Assembly (NCBI GenBank): GCA_964368445.1
Contig: CAYJAY010000009.1
Span: forward strand, 4,032-68,031
DNA: 64,000 bases
Reading direction: 5' to 3'
DNA from: an uncultured Oscillospiraceae bacterium
GTDB lineage: Bacteria; Bacillota; Clostridia; Oscillospirales; Ruminococcaceae
Numbering within the stretch: the stretch's first letter is position 1; each line of letters opens with the position of its first letter. A program made the position numbers and the translations under genes. Below, in pieces: positions 40,598-48,615 of the stretch. Below the pieces are notes generated by a model that was not told the DNA's origin, did not search any database, and saw nothing but the letters and a program-made list of their open reading frames with translations.

Positions 40598-41485
40598 ATG
40601 GAACAAAAGTCAATATTTGTAGCGATAGCCGGAAAACCAAACGTTGGAAAATCTACGCTTTTAAACTGTCTTATACAAGCGAAGATAGCGATAGCCACAC
40701 CAAAACCCCAAACTACACGTAACCGAATCATGGGGGTGTACACTGAAAACGAGACACAGTTTGTTTTTATCGACACACCCGGGTTTCATGTGCCCAAAAC
40801 AAAGCTTGGAGAAACGATGATAAAAGGGGTTCGCGAGTCGGTTTCCGACGTCGATGTTGTGTTGTTTGTGGTTGAACCTAAAATGCCGTCCCACAACGAC
40901 CGCTTGCTTTTAGAAGAACTGTTAAAAAACAAAATTCCCATAATGCTTGTTATAAACAAGATAGACACGCTTGAAAGCCAAGAAAAAGTGCAAAAAGTTG
41001 TTGATATGTTAAAACAAGAATATTCAATCGACAATGCTTTTCCTGTTTCTGCTATCGAGAAAACAGGAACAAAAGGTTTGATGGAGATTCTCAAGCAAAA
41101 CGCCGTTCAAGGACCACACCTTTATGAAAGCGACGCGTTGACCGATATCCCCGAAAAGGTCATAGCCGCCGAGATTATACGGGAGAAACTTCTTTTGTTT
41201 TTGAGCGACGAACTTCCACACGGTTGCGCCGTAGTGATTGAAACTTTTAAAGAACGTGAAGATAAACCGATTTTGGACATAAGCGCAACTATCATAAGCG
41301 AAAAAAATTCCCACAAAGCTATGATCATCGGCAAGGGCGGTAATATGCTTAAAAAGATAAGCAGTTCTGCGCGGCACGAGCTTGAGAAGTTTTTCGACAT
41401 AAAAATTAATCTTAAATGTTTTGTCAAGGTGCGCGAGGGATGGAGAAACAACGATCTTTTCCTTAAAGAATATGGGTTTAATTAG
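40598..41485 (+). CDS. era: GTPase Era
   Basis: G1 motif GKPNVGKST, DTPG, NKID, and a C-terminal KH domain. Confidence 0.95.
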   Translation: MEQKSIFVAIAGKPNVGKSTLLNCLIQAKIAIATPKPQTTRNRIMGVYTENETQFVFIDTPGFHVPKTKLGETMIKGVRESVSDVDVVLFVVEPKMPSHNDRLLLEELLKNKIPIMLVINKIDTLESQEKVQKVVDMLKQEYSIDNAFPVSAIEKTGTKGLMEILKQNAVQGPHLYESDALTDIPEKVIAAEIIREKLLLFLSDELPHGCAVVIETFKEREDKPILDISATIISEKNSHKAMIIGKGGNMLKKISSSARHELEKFFDIKINLKCFVKVREGWRNNDLFLKEYGFN

Positions 41486-41525
41486 GAATTGGGAATTAAT
41501 GTGCGCCCTTACGGACGAAATATAA
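41483..41525 (+). repeat. Intergenic repeat copy B: two heptamers (TAGGAAT, TGGGAAT) plus a GC-rich tail
   Basis: The era stop codon TAG is the first 3 nt of the first heptamer. The tail gtgcgcccttacggacgaaatataaat resembles the tails of copies A and C. Confidence 0.6.
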
Positions 41526-41744
41526 ATAGTTGGATTTAATGATTGTGACGTCTTTTTAAATGACGTTAACGCATGTTACACTACACCTAAAAATCGCATG
41601 GACGACAAGGGTTGTGCACCTATGCTTTTGTGGCACTAAATGTCATGAAAAACAACCTAATAATATTTATTTTTTGATAATAAATATTACTCTTTTGAGA
41701 GATAATATATTTAACAAAATATTATCTTTAAAAGGGGAAACAAT

Positions 41745-41936
41745 ATGGACTCGCGAAACTATTGGAAAAGATTTTTGTCTACCGGAAGCGTATCAGATTA
41801 TGTAAACTATAAAAATGCGGAAAAACTTGAAACAAAGCAGCATTTAGAGGAAGAATATGAAAAGTTCGATCAACGGTTTGGTTATCTACGAGAGCAAGAC
41901 GAAGGAAGCGGACAGGGTGGTAACAATTCTTTCTGA
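41745..41936 (+). CDS. yqzL: YqzL-family small protein
   Basis: NYWKRFLSTGSVSDYVNYKNAEK resembles YqzL, and the position between era and recO is conserved. Its 3' end overlaps recO by 80 nt in another frame. Confidence 0.5.
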   Translation: MDSRNYWKRFLSTGSVSDYVNYKNAEKLETKQHLEEEYEKFDQRFGYLREQDEGSGQGGNNSF

Positions 41937-42600
41937 GAACGGAATAATAACGGCATATGCCGCAGGTTCCTTACGCCCTAAAAATAAACTTACATCGACA
42001 ACTGCTTTGCTTGCATATTCAAATTTCGAACTGTATTCGGGAAAAAATATGTATCAAATCGACGACGCAGTTTGCATAAATCGGTTTGTTAGATTATATT
42101 CCGATAGCAAAAGCTTAGCAGTTGCCGCGTATTTTTGCGAACTTTTAAAGAATGTTGTCCAACAAGGGGAGATAGCCAAAGAATACCTCCCGTTTGCGCT
42201 TAATGCTCTTTATATGTTAAACTCAGGGACAAAGCCTCTTCTTTTGATAAAAGCCGCGTTTGAGTTTCGGCTAATCTCGATGGCGGGGTTTATGCCCGAC
42301 ATTGGCTGTTGTGACGGTTGTGGTTCGTTTAGCGCGACCAATAGCCACTTTGATTTTGTAAAAGCGTGCTATCATTGTGAAAGTTGCGCAAATGAACTTT
42401 CTGAAAAACTAAACTGTAACGGATCTTCGCTTTTGGCGATGAAATATATTGCGTCGTGTGATGTCGGAAAAATCTATTCGTTCGATATATCCGAAAGCGC
42501 AGTTAAAAACCTCTCCGCCATAACCTCAAACTATCTGTTGACACACATAGGCATAAAACTAAACACATTGGATTTTTTAAATATGATGCTTGATACTTAA
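41857..42600 (+). CDS. recO: DNA repair protein RecO
   Basis: N-terminal OB-fold pattern GLVIYESKTKEADRVVTILSENG and a C-terminal CxxC...CxxC zinc motif. Confidence 0.85.
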   Translation: MKSSINGLVIYESKTKEADRVVTILSENGIITAYAAGSLRPKNKLTSTTALLAYSNFELYSGKNMYQIDDAVCINRFVRLYSDSKSLAVAAYFCELLKNVVQQGEIAKEYLPFALNALYMLNSGTKPLLLIKAAFEFRLISMAGFMPDIGCCDGCGSFSATNSHFDFVKACYHCESCANELSEKLNCNGSSLLAMKYIASCDVGKIYSFDISESAVKNLSAITSNYLLTHIGIKLNTLDFLNMMLDT

Positions 42601-42610
42601 AAGGAATAAT

Positions 42611-44998
42611 ATGAACCGATTATTACGCTATAAAAAACGACTCGAATTTGATAAAATTTTAAACGAAATTGAAAGCTACGCTGTGTCTTACGACGCAAAA
42701 AACAACATTTTAAACATTGTTCCGACAAACGAAATTCAAACCGTTTCGTTAGAACTTTTAAAGGCAGACGCGTTTCAATCGATGATAATAAAACATGCCG
42801 TACCAAACCTCTCGGACGTTTTTGGCATAAAAGAGATTGTGTTAAGAGCTAATAAGGGCGGGCTTTTGTCGATGGGTGAGATCTTAAAGATTAAGGCAAT
42901 ACTAAGGAACGCAAGGCTTTTAATCGCTTGGTATCACCCTTTGGAAAGCCATTATGACGTAACAGACCCTATCTTTTTTCCGTTATATTCCGACAGTTCG
43001 CTTGAAAATGACATAGAGCGTTCTATTTTAAGCGAAACCGAGATGAGCGACAACGCAAGCGGACAACTCGCCACAATAAGAAAACGCATAATAGCTATGC
43101 AAGCTTCAATTAGGGATAAACTTGAAAAGATAATACGTTCCGATACAAATCAAAAATATCTTCAAGACAGCGTTGTCACAATGCGTGGCGGACGTTTTGT
43201 TGTGCCTGTCAAAAGCGAGCATCGAAACAGCATAACCGGTATGGTACACGATGTATCGTCAAGCGGTTCTACATATTTTGTCGAACCGTCCGAAGTTTTA
43301 GAGGCAAACAACGCCATTCAAAAGTTAAAGGGAGACGAAGCGGCAGAGATTGAAAAGATTTTATATTCGTTTTCCGCAAGGATTTCAGAAATTTCAAATC
43401 AACTTAAATATAGTTTTGATGCGTTTGTCGACATAGACAAACTGGTAGCTATTGCACGCTATGCAAACAACATAGATGCCGCTATGCCAAAACTTAACGA
43501 TAGAGGATATATTAACCTGTTCAGGGCAAGACACCCGCTAATAGACAAAAAGTCGGTAGTTGCGACCGATGTTTCGCTTGGCGAAAATTATTCAACTCTA
43601 GTCATAACAGGACCCAACACAGGGGGCAAGACGGTGACGCTCAAAACTATCGGGCTTTTTTCGTTGATGGCAATGTCGGGAATCCCGGTGCCGGCAACAC
43701 GGGAGAGCGAACTTTCGGTTTTTGACGATATATTGGTCGACATTGGGGACGAACAAAGCATTGAACAAAATCTTTCGACATTTTCGGCGCATGTCAAAAA
43801 CATATCGGAAATTCTTAAAACGGCGAATGCAAAATCACTCGTATTGCTCGATGAACTAGGCGCCGGAACTGACCCCGCCGAAGGGGCAGCTCTTGCGAAA
43901 GCTATTCTAGAGCGTTTACGCCAAAGCGGGGCAAAGGTGGTTGCGACGACTCATTATGGAGAAATAAAGATATATGCTATGCAAACAGACGGGGTTCAAA
44001 ACGCAAGTTGTGAATTTAACATCGAGACGTTAAGCCCGACATATCGGGTTACAATCGGGCTTCCCGGAAGTTCCAACGCGCTTTTGATAGGCAAAAGGCT
44101 TGGGCTTGATGACGATCTTTTAGAGACAGCGCGGCAAAACCTTTCGTCGGAACAAAAACAGATGGAACAACTTTTGTCCGAGATAGAACAGCTTAAAAGC
44201 GAAGCGGCGGCAAAACTAGACGAGGCACAGGAAAAAACAGACCAAGCACAAAGATTACATGACCAAGCCGAAGAAGCAAAACAACGTGCGGAAAAGGATG
44301 CGCAAAACAAGATTAAACTTGCCGAAACCAAGGCGCGACAACTGTCATCTGATGTAAGCGGCCAGGCATTTAAGCTTCTTGACGAAATTAAAGCGCTGGG
44401 TGTAACAAAAGAAACCGCGATGATAGAGATTTCAAAAAGGGCAAAAGAGATAGCGAACAAAGAAAGCGTTAAAATTCTCGACATGGCTCCGCAAAGCGAC
44501 ACACACTTAACACTTAACCTTGAACCTATCGACAACGTTAAAAAAGGAATGACGGTTTATGTTCCGTCACTTTCCGGCGTAGCAGTTGTTTTAACCGATC
44601 CCGATAAAAAGGGAGTTGTCGAAATTAGCGCAGGAATTATAAAAGCTAGAATTAATGTAAGCGAACTTAGAAAACCGCCGAAATCGCACGTTGCGCAACT
44701 TAAAAATCGAAACAAAGCCGGCAAAAGCATGTTCAGTGTTTCGGACAAAAAGAGCGGAAAAAGCGAGATTAACCTTTTGGGATTAACCGTTGAAGAGGCT
44801 ATTATGGAGGTTGACACATTTATCGATGCCGCGGTGCTCTCGCACCTTGTAAGCGTCCGCATAGTCCATGGAAAGGGTACTGGAGCTTTGAGAAAAGCAG
44901 TTCATGCAAAACTTAAACAAAACAAACATGTAAAAGAATTTCGCCTTGGTCGCTTTGGCGAAGGGGAAGATGGCGTCACGATAGCGGAACTTAAATAA
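42611..44998 (+). CDS. mutS2: Endonuclease MutS2
   Basis: Walker A GPNTGGKT, a long coiled coil, and a C-terminal Smr domain (LRGLTVEEA...HGKGTGALR pattern). Confidence 0.9.
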   Translation: MNRLLRYKKRLEFDKILNEIESYAVSYDAKNNILNIVPTNEIQTVSLELLKADAFQSMIIKHAVPNLSDVFGIKEIVLRANKGGLLSMGEILKIKAILRNARLLIAWYHPLESHYDVTDPIFFPLYSDSSLENDIERSILSETEMSDNASGQLATIRKRIIAMQASIRDKLEKIIRSDTNQKYLQDSVVTMRGGRFVVPVKSEHRNSITGMVHDVSSSGSTYFVEPSEVLEANNAIQKLKGDEAAEIEKILYSFSARISEISNQLKYSFDAFVDIDKLVAIARYANNIDAAMPKLNDRGYINLFRARHPLIDKKSVVATDVSLGENYSTLVITGPNTGGKTVTLKTIGLFSLMAMSGIPVPATRESELSVFDDILVDIGDEQSIEQNLSTFSAHVKNISEILKTANAKSLVLLDELGAGTDPAEGAALAKAILERLRQSGAKVVATTHYGEIKIYAMQTDGVQNASCEFNIETLSPTYRVTIGLPGSSNALLIGKRLGLDDDLLETARQNLSSEQKQMEQLLSEIEQLKSEAAAKLDEAQEKTDQAQRLHDQAEEAKQRAEKDAQNKIKLAETKARQLSSDVSGQAFKLLDEIKALGVTKETAMIEISKRAKEIANKESVKILDMAPQSDTHLTLNLEPIDNVKKGMTVYVPSLSGVAVVLTDPDKKGVVEISAGIIKARINVSELRKPPKSHVAQLKNRNKAGKSMFSVSDKKSGKSEINLLGLTVEEAIMEVDTFIDAAVLSHLVSVRIVHGKGTGALRKAVHAKLKQNKHVKEFRLGRFGEGEDGVTIAELK

Positions 44999-45018
44999 AA
45001 AGCAACCCACTCTTTAAA

Positions 45019-45942
45019 ATGACAAAAAAATTAAAACGCATCCTTTATTATCTAGTATATAAGGGAGCGTTTTTTGTTTTGAATATTATATATATTGATG
45101 TGTTGTTGGTTGTTAACCTCATAATCGATTATTTTCTGATTAAAGCCACCGAATTTTTCACTGGCTCAAATACCTCTAAGGTTAGAGTGTTGCTTGGCAG
45201 TTGCTTTGCCGCGTCTACCTCGCTTTTGATACTGTTGCCAAACCTTGGTACGTTTTCAATTTTGATAAAAATAGCAATGGCGGTTTTGATATCACTGATA
45301 ACGTTTGGATTTAAAGGTGTGCGAGCTTTTTTAAAAAACACCGTTTATTATTTTATCGTGTCATTTTTGTTTGCCGGTTTGATACTTATTATAAATATTT
45401 CGTTTTCGCCAAATAGCCTTGCGACAAATAACCTGACGTTTTATTTTGATATCTCACCAATTTTTTTAATATTATCGGTGCTCGTGTTTTATATGCTTCT
45501 TTCGTTACTTGAACTTTTTTTCAAAAAACCATATGAAAAACCCGACCTTGTCGAGGTTGAACTTTCAATTTTAAACAATAAACAACATTTCAAGGCGTTT
45601 GTAGACACAGGGAACAAACTCCAAGACCCTTGTCTTGGAAAGCCGGTTATGATAGCAAAAAAAGAACTGGCGGAAAAGCTTATGCCGAAACATCTTGCGG
45701 TTGACGTTATTAATTCAAACATTGATGCCTTTGAACAAAGATCGCAAAACGATATCAACGTTCGTATAATTCCATATAGTGCGTTGGGTAAAAGTGGGGT
45801 ATTGCTTGGCGTTGTTGCGGATTATTGTTTGATACTCGGGAAAAAAGTCAACAAAATCTATAGTCCTGTGGTTGCGTTTTCCGATATTCCCGAAACGGAT
45901 TTTAATAATTCCGCGATTATAGGAACGGATTTTTTTAATTGA
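45019..45942 (+). CDS. spoIIGA: Sigma-E processing peptidase SpoIIGA
   Basis: Five N-terminal TM helices and an aspartic protease motif FVDTGNKLQDP. The alternative TTG start at 45079, after an aagggag RBS, is plausible. Confidence 0.8.
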   Translation: MTKKLKRILYYLVYKGAFFVLNIIYIDVLLVVNLIIDYFLIKATEFFTGSNTSKVRVLLGSCFAASTSLLILLPNLGTFSILIKIAMAVLISLITFGFKGVRAFLKNTVYYFIVSFLFAGLILIINISFSPNSLATNNLTFYFDISPIFLILSVLVFYMLLSLLELFFKKPYEKPDLVEVELSILNNKQHFKAFVDTGNKLQDPCLGKPVMIAKKELAEKLMPKHLAVDVINSNIDAFEQRSQNDINVRIIPYSALGKSGVLLGVVADYCLILGKKVNKIYSPVVAFSDIPETDFNNSAIIGTDFFN

Positions 45943-45954
45943 AAGGAACACCGA

Positions 45955-46671
45955 ATGACAAATCTTATAAATCAAGTTCGATTTTTTATCTTAAAAATTA
46001 TAATTGTAATTGCTCCGAAAAGGGGATACCACTACATAAACGGCCCTGAAACTTTGCCTGCTCCGCTTACGCCGGAACAAGAAAAGTTGACGTTTGAACA
46101 GCTTGAAACCGATCCGGAACAAGCACGACAAACGCTTATAACCCACAATCTTAGGCTTGTTGTTTATATAGCGAAAAAGTTTGAAAACAGCGGACACAGT
46201 GTCGAAGATCTTGTGTCGATTGGAACGATTGGACTCATAAAGGCTGTCAACACTTTTTGCCCAAATAAAAATATTAAGCTTGCAACATATGCGTCAAGAT
46301 GTATTGAAAACGAGATACTTATGTTTATGCGCAAGGTTTCCAACAAAAAAATCGAAACTTCGATAGACGAGCCGTTAAACACCGATTGGGACGGGAACGA
46401 GCTTTTGTTTTCCGATGTTCTGGGGACAGACAGCGATATAGTTTCACGGGGAGTTGAAAAAGAAGCGGAACACAACATGATCCACAGTGTGGTGGCAAAG
46501 CTTTCAGAACGTGAACGCACGATAATTGAGATGCGGTTTGGGTTAAACGGCAAACAGGAGATGACTCAAAAAGAGGTTGCGGATTCTATTGGGATTTCCC
46601 AATCGTATATATCACGCCTTGAAAAGCGAATAATTAAAAGGTTAAAAAAAGATATCGACAGAATGTCTTAA
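45955..46671 (+). CDS. sigE: Sporulation sigma factor SigE (pro-sigma-E)
   Basis: Pro-sequence, then YINGPETLPAPLT and sigma-70 regions 2-4. It lies directly after spoIIGA. Confidence 0.9.
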   Translation: MTNLINQVRFFILKIIIVIAPKRGYHYINGPETLPAPLTPEQEKLTFEQLETDPEQARQTLITHNLRLVVYIAKKFENSGHSVEDLVSIGTIGLIKAVNTFCPNKNIKLATYASRCIENEILMFMRKVSNKKIETSIDEPLNTDWDGNELLFSDVLGTDSDIVSRGVEKEAEHNMIHSVVAKLSERERTIIEMRFGLNGKQEMTQKEVADSIGISQSYISRLEKRIIKRLKKDIDRMS

Positions 46672-46736
46672 ATATGAATAAAAAAGAAAATTATTACCAA
46701 CACTCTTGTCAACAAAACGACAGGAGTTAAATTTTT

Positions 46737-47507
46737 ATGCAAAACTGTAAAGTAGAGATATGCGGAGTTAACACATCAAAACTCACGCTTTTAACCGAAA
46801 AACAAAAGATAGCGCTCATTAACGAGATGAGAGATGGAAATAAAACAGCAAGAGAAACGCTTATAAGTGGGAACCTTCGTTTAGTTTTAAGTGTAGTGCA
46901 AAAATTTTCCAACAGGGGGGAGCAAGCGGACGATCTTTTTCAAGTTGGGTGTATCGGTCTTATGAAATCGATAGACAACTTTGACACGTCACATGGAGTT
47001 AGGTTTTCGACATATGCTGTGCCTATGATAATAGGAGAGATTAAACGCTATCTTCGCGACAACAGCAGCATAAGGGTCAGCCGCTCGATTAGAGATCTTT
47101 CATATAAGGCTATGCAAGCAAAGGAAAAATTGCAAAACCAAAACAACAACGAACCGACAGTGTCAGAAATTGCGAAAGAACTCGGCGTCGACACGATGGA
47201 CGTTATAATGTCGCTTGAATCGGTGTCGCTTCCGATTTCGCTCAACGAGCCGCTTTTCTCCGACGGCAACGATGCTGTTTTCATCATGGACCAGATAAGC
47301 GACAAGGAGGGGGAGAGCGATTGGCTTTGTGAAATATCCCTTAAGCAGGCGCTAAAAAATCTTTCAGAGCGTGAAAAAAGGATACTTGACCTTAGATTTA
47401 TGAAAGGAAAGACGCAAACTCAAGTTGCAAAGATAGTTTCAATCAGCCAAGCACAGGTGAGCCGACTTGAAAAAAATGCATTAAAGACGATTAAAGAGAT
47501 GATATAG
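46737..47507 (+). CDS. sigG: Sporulation sigma factor SigG
   Basis: VEICGVNTSKLTLL N-terminus and sigma-70 regions 2-4. It lies directly after sigE. Confidence 0.9.
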   Translation: MQNCKVEICGVNTSKLTLLTEKQKIALINEMRDGNKTARETLISGNLRLVLSVVQKFSNRGEQADDLFQVGCIGLMKSIDNFDTSHGVRFSTYAVPMIIGEIKRYLRDNSSIRVSRSIRDLSYKAMQAKEKLQNQNNNEPTVSEIAKELGVDTMDVIMSLESVSLPISLNEPLFSDGNDAVFIMDQISDKEGESDWLCEISLKQALKNLSEREKRILDLRFMKGKTQTQVAKIVSISQAQVSRLEKNALKTIKEMI

Positions 47508-47512
47508 TTAGT

Positions 47513-47575
47513 TAGGAATGAGGAATGAGGAATGAGGAATGAGGAATGAGGAATGATGGAGCGCCTTACGGCGAA
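47513..47575 (+). repeat. Intergenic repeat copy C: six tandem heptamers (TAGGAAT plus 5x GAGGAAT), a degenerate GATGGAG, and a CGCC-TTAC-GGCG hairpin
   Basis: The perfect 7-nt periodicity at 47513-47554 can be read directly from the sequence. The hairpin is at 47562-47573. The element starts 6 nt after the sigG stop. Confidence 0.8.
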
Positions 47576-47658
47576 ATTTTAATACAAGATTTTTGAGAGT
47601 TTTCGTTTAATGTGGGTTTGTCATTTCACATCAAATGTTCTAGATATGATACGATATG

Positions 47659-47805
47659 TTAGTCTTCGCTGTCGTGCAAATCTATATTACTGCTGTTAAA
47701 GTTAATATACATTTCTTCGCATTCTTGTTGCGCTTCAATTAACTTATTGATTGCATCCTCTGTTGCGTTGAATAATTTTAAATAAAGTGCTTTGTAATCA
47801 TCCAT
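47659..47805 (-). CDS. 48-aa small hypothetical protein (MDDYKALYLKLFNATEDAINKLIEAQQECEEMYINF...)
   Basis: Not in the ORF track because it is under 60 aa. It has ATG and TAA codons, a ggggat RBS-like sequence 7 nt upstream, predicted helical character, and a divergent arrangement with the XRE gene. Confidence 0.4.
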   Translation of the reverse strand: MDDYKALYLKLFNATEDAINKLIEAQQECEEMYINFNSSNIDLHDSED

Positions 47806-47904
47806 ACAGAAATCCCCATTAATTTTACATTTTAAATAATAGGCTAAAAATAGCGTATAGGCTAATAATACACCTTATATTAGTATAATGTCAAGAGGTG
47901 TGTT

Positions 47905-48105
47905 ATGATAAGTTATGAACCTTTTTGGAAAACGCTAAAAGAGAAAAATATAAGCACATATTATCTTATTAACAAATGTGGGATAAGTGCCAGTGTAATC
48001 ACTAGAATGAGAAAAAATGAATATCTTGGGCTTCGTAAAATTAACGATTTGTGTTCGATATTAAACTGCAAAATACAAGAGATTGTTCAATATGTGCCGG
48101 AATAG
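47905..48105 (+). CDS. XRE/Cro-C1-type helix-turn-helix protein
   Basis: 66 aa; YEPFWKTLKEKNISTYYLINKCGISASVITRMRKNE is a typical HTH_26/XRE pattern. Confidence 0.7.
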   Translation: MISYEPFWKTLKEKNISTYYLINKCGISASVITRMRKNEYLGLRKINDLCSILNCKIQEIVQYVPE

Positions 48106-48220
48106 TTACGATATATAAGATTTACTTTTATTTTAAAAATCGGTACAAATTTTTCGACTTTCGCATACTATTATATTAAGACAAAAGTTTTAATCAATAG
48201 TACTATGCGGAGGTTTTTTT

Positions 48221-48493
48221 ATGACATTTTCAAAACTATGCGAAAAAGAAGTTATCTCGATTAAAAGCGGAAAAAAGATAGGCTATGTCGATGATGTCGA
48301 GTTTGATAAAGGCTCGGCAAACATCGAAAGGCTTATAGTTTTTGGTAAACCAAAGCTTATGGGTTTTAAAGGGAAGGAACAGAACATTATTATCGATTGG
48401 TGTGACGTCGTAACGTTTGGCGATGACACAATTTTAATTAAAGGGGACTATGAAAGGGTTAGGGTAGAGGTTAAACAAGTAGAGATAGGGTAA
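48221..48493 (+). CDS. ylmC: YlmC/YmxH family sporulation protein (PRC barrel)
   Basis: LCEKEVISIKSGKKIGYVDDVEFD...IERLIV family pattern. Confidence 0.75.
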   Translation: MTFSKLCEKEVISIKSGKKIGYVDDVEFDKGSANIERLIVFGKPKLMGFKGKEQNIIIDWCDVVTFGDDTILIKGDYERVRVEVKQVEIG

Positions 48494-48615
48494 ACAACTA
48501 GAAACATAAAACAATTTGCAATAAAAGACTAAATTGTGGTTGAATTTGTATTGTAAATAATATGTATTTATGGTAGGATTAACTTTAAATAGTTAAAGTT
48601 AAAGGATGTTTGAAT

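Noticed and set aside
40504-40776. 90-aa minus-strand ORF overlapping the era start
   Set aside because: It is antisense to the highly conserved Era G1 region and has no RBS.
41560-41805. 81-aa ORF between era and yqzL
   Set aside because: It has no RBS, overlaps the yqzL start and has a low-complexity translation. It is probably non-coding spacer.
47513-47554. Heptamer array as a CRISPR array or as coding repeats
   Set aside because: The 7-nt units have no spacers, which is far from CRISPR geometry. No ORF spans the array in any frame because of the TGA/TAG codons inside the units.
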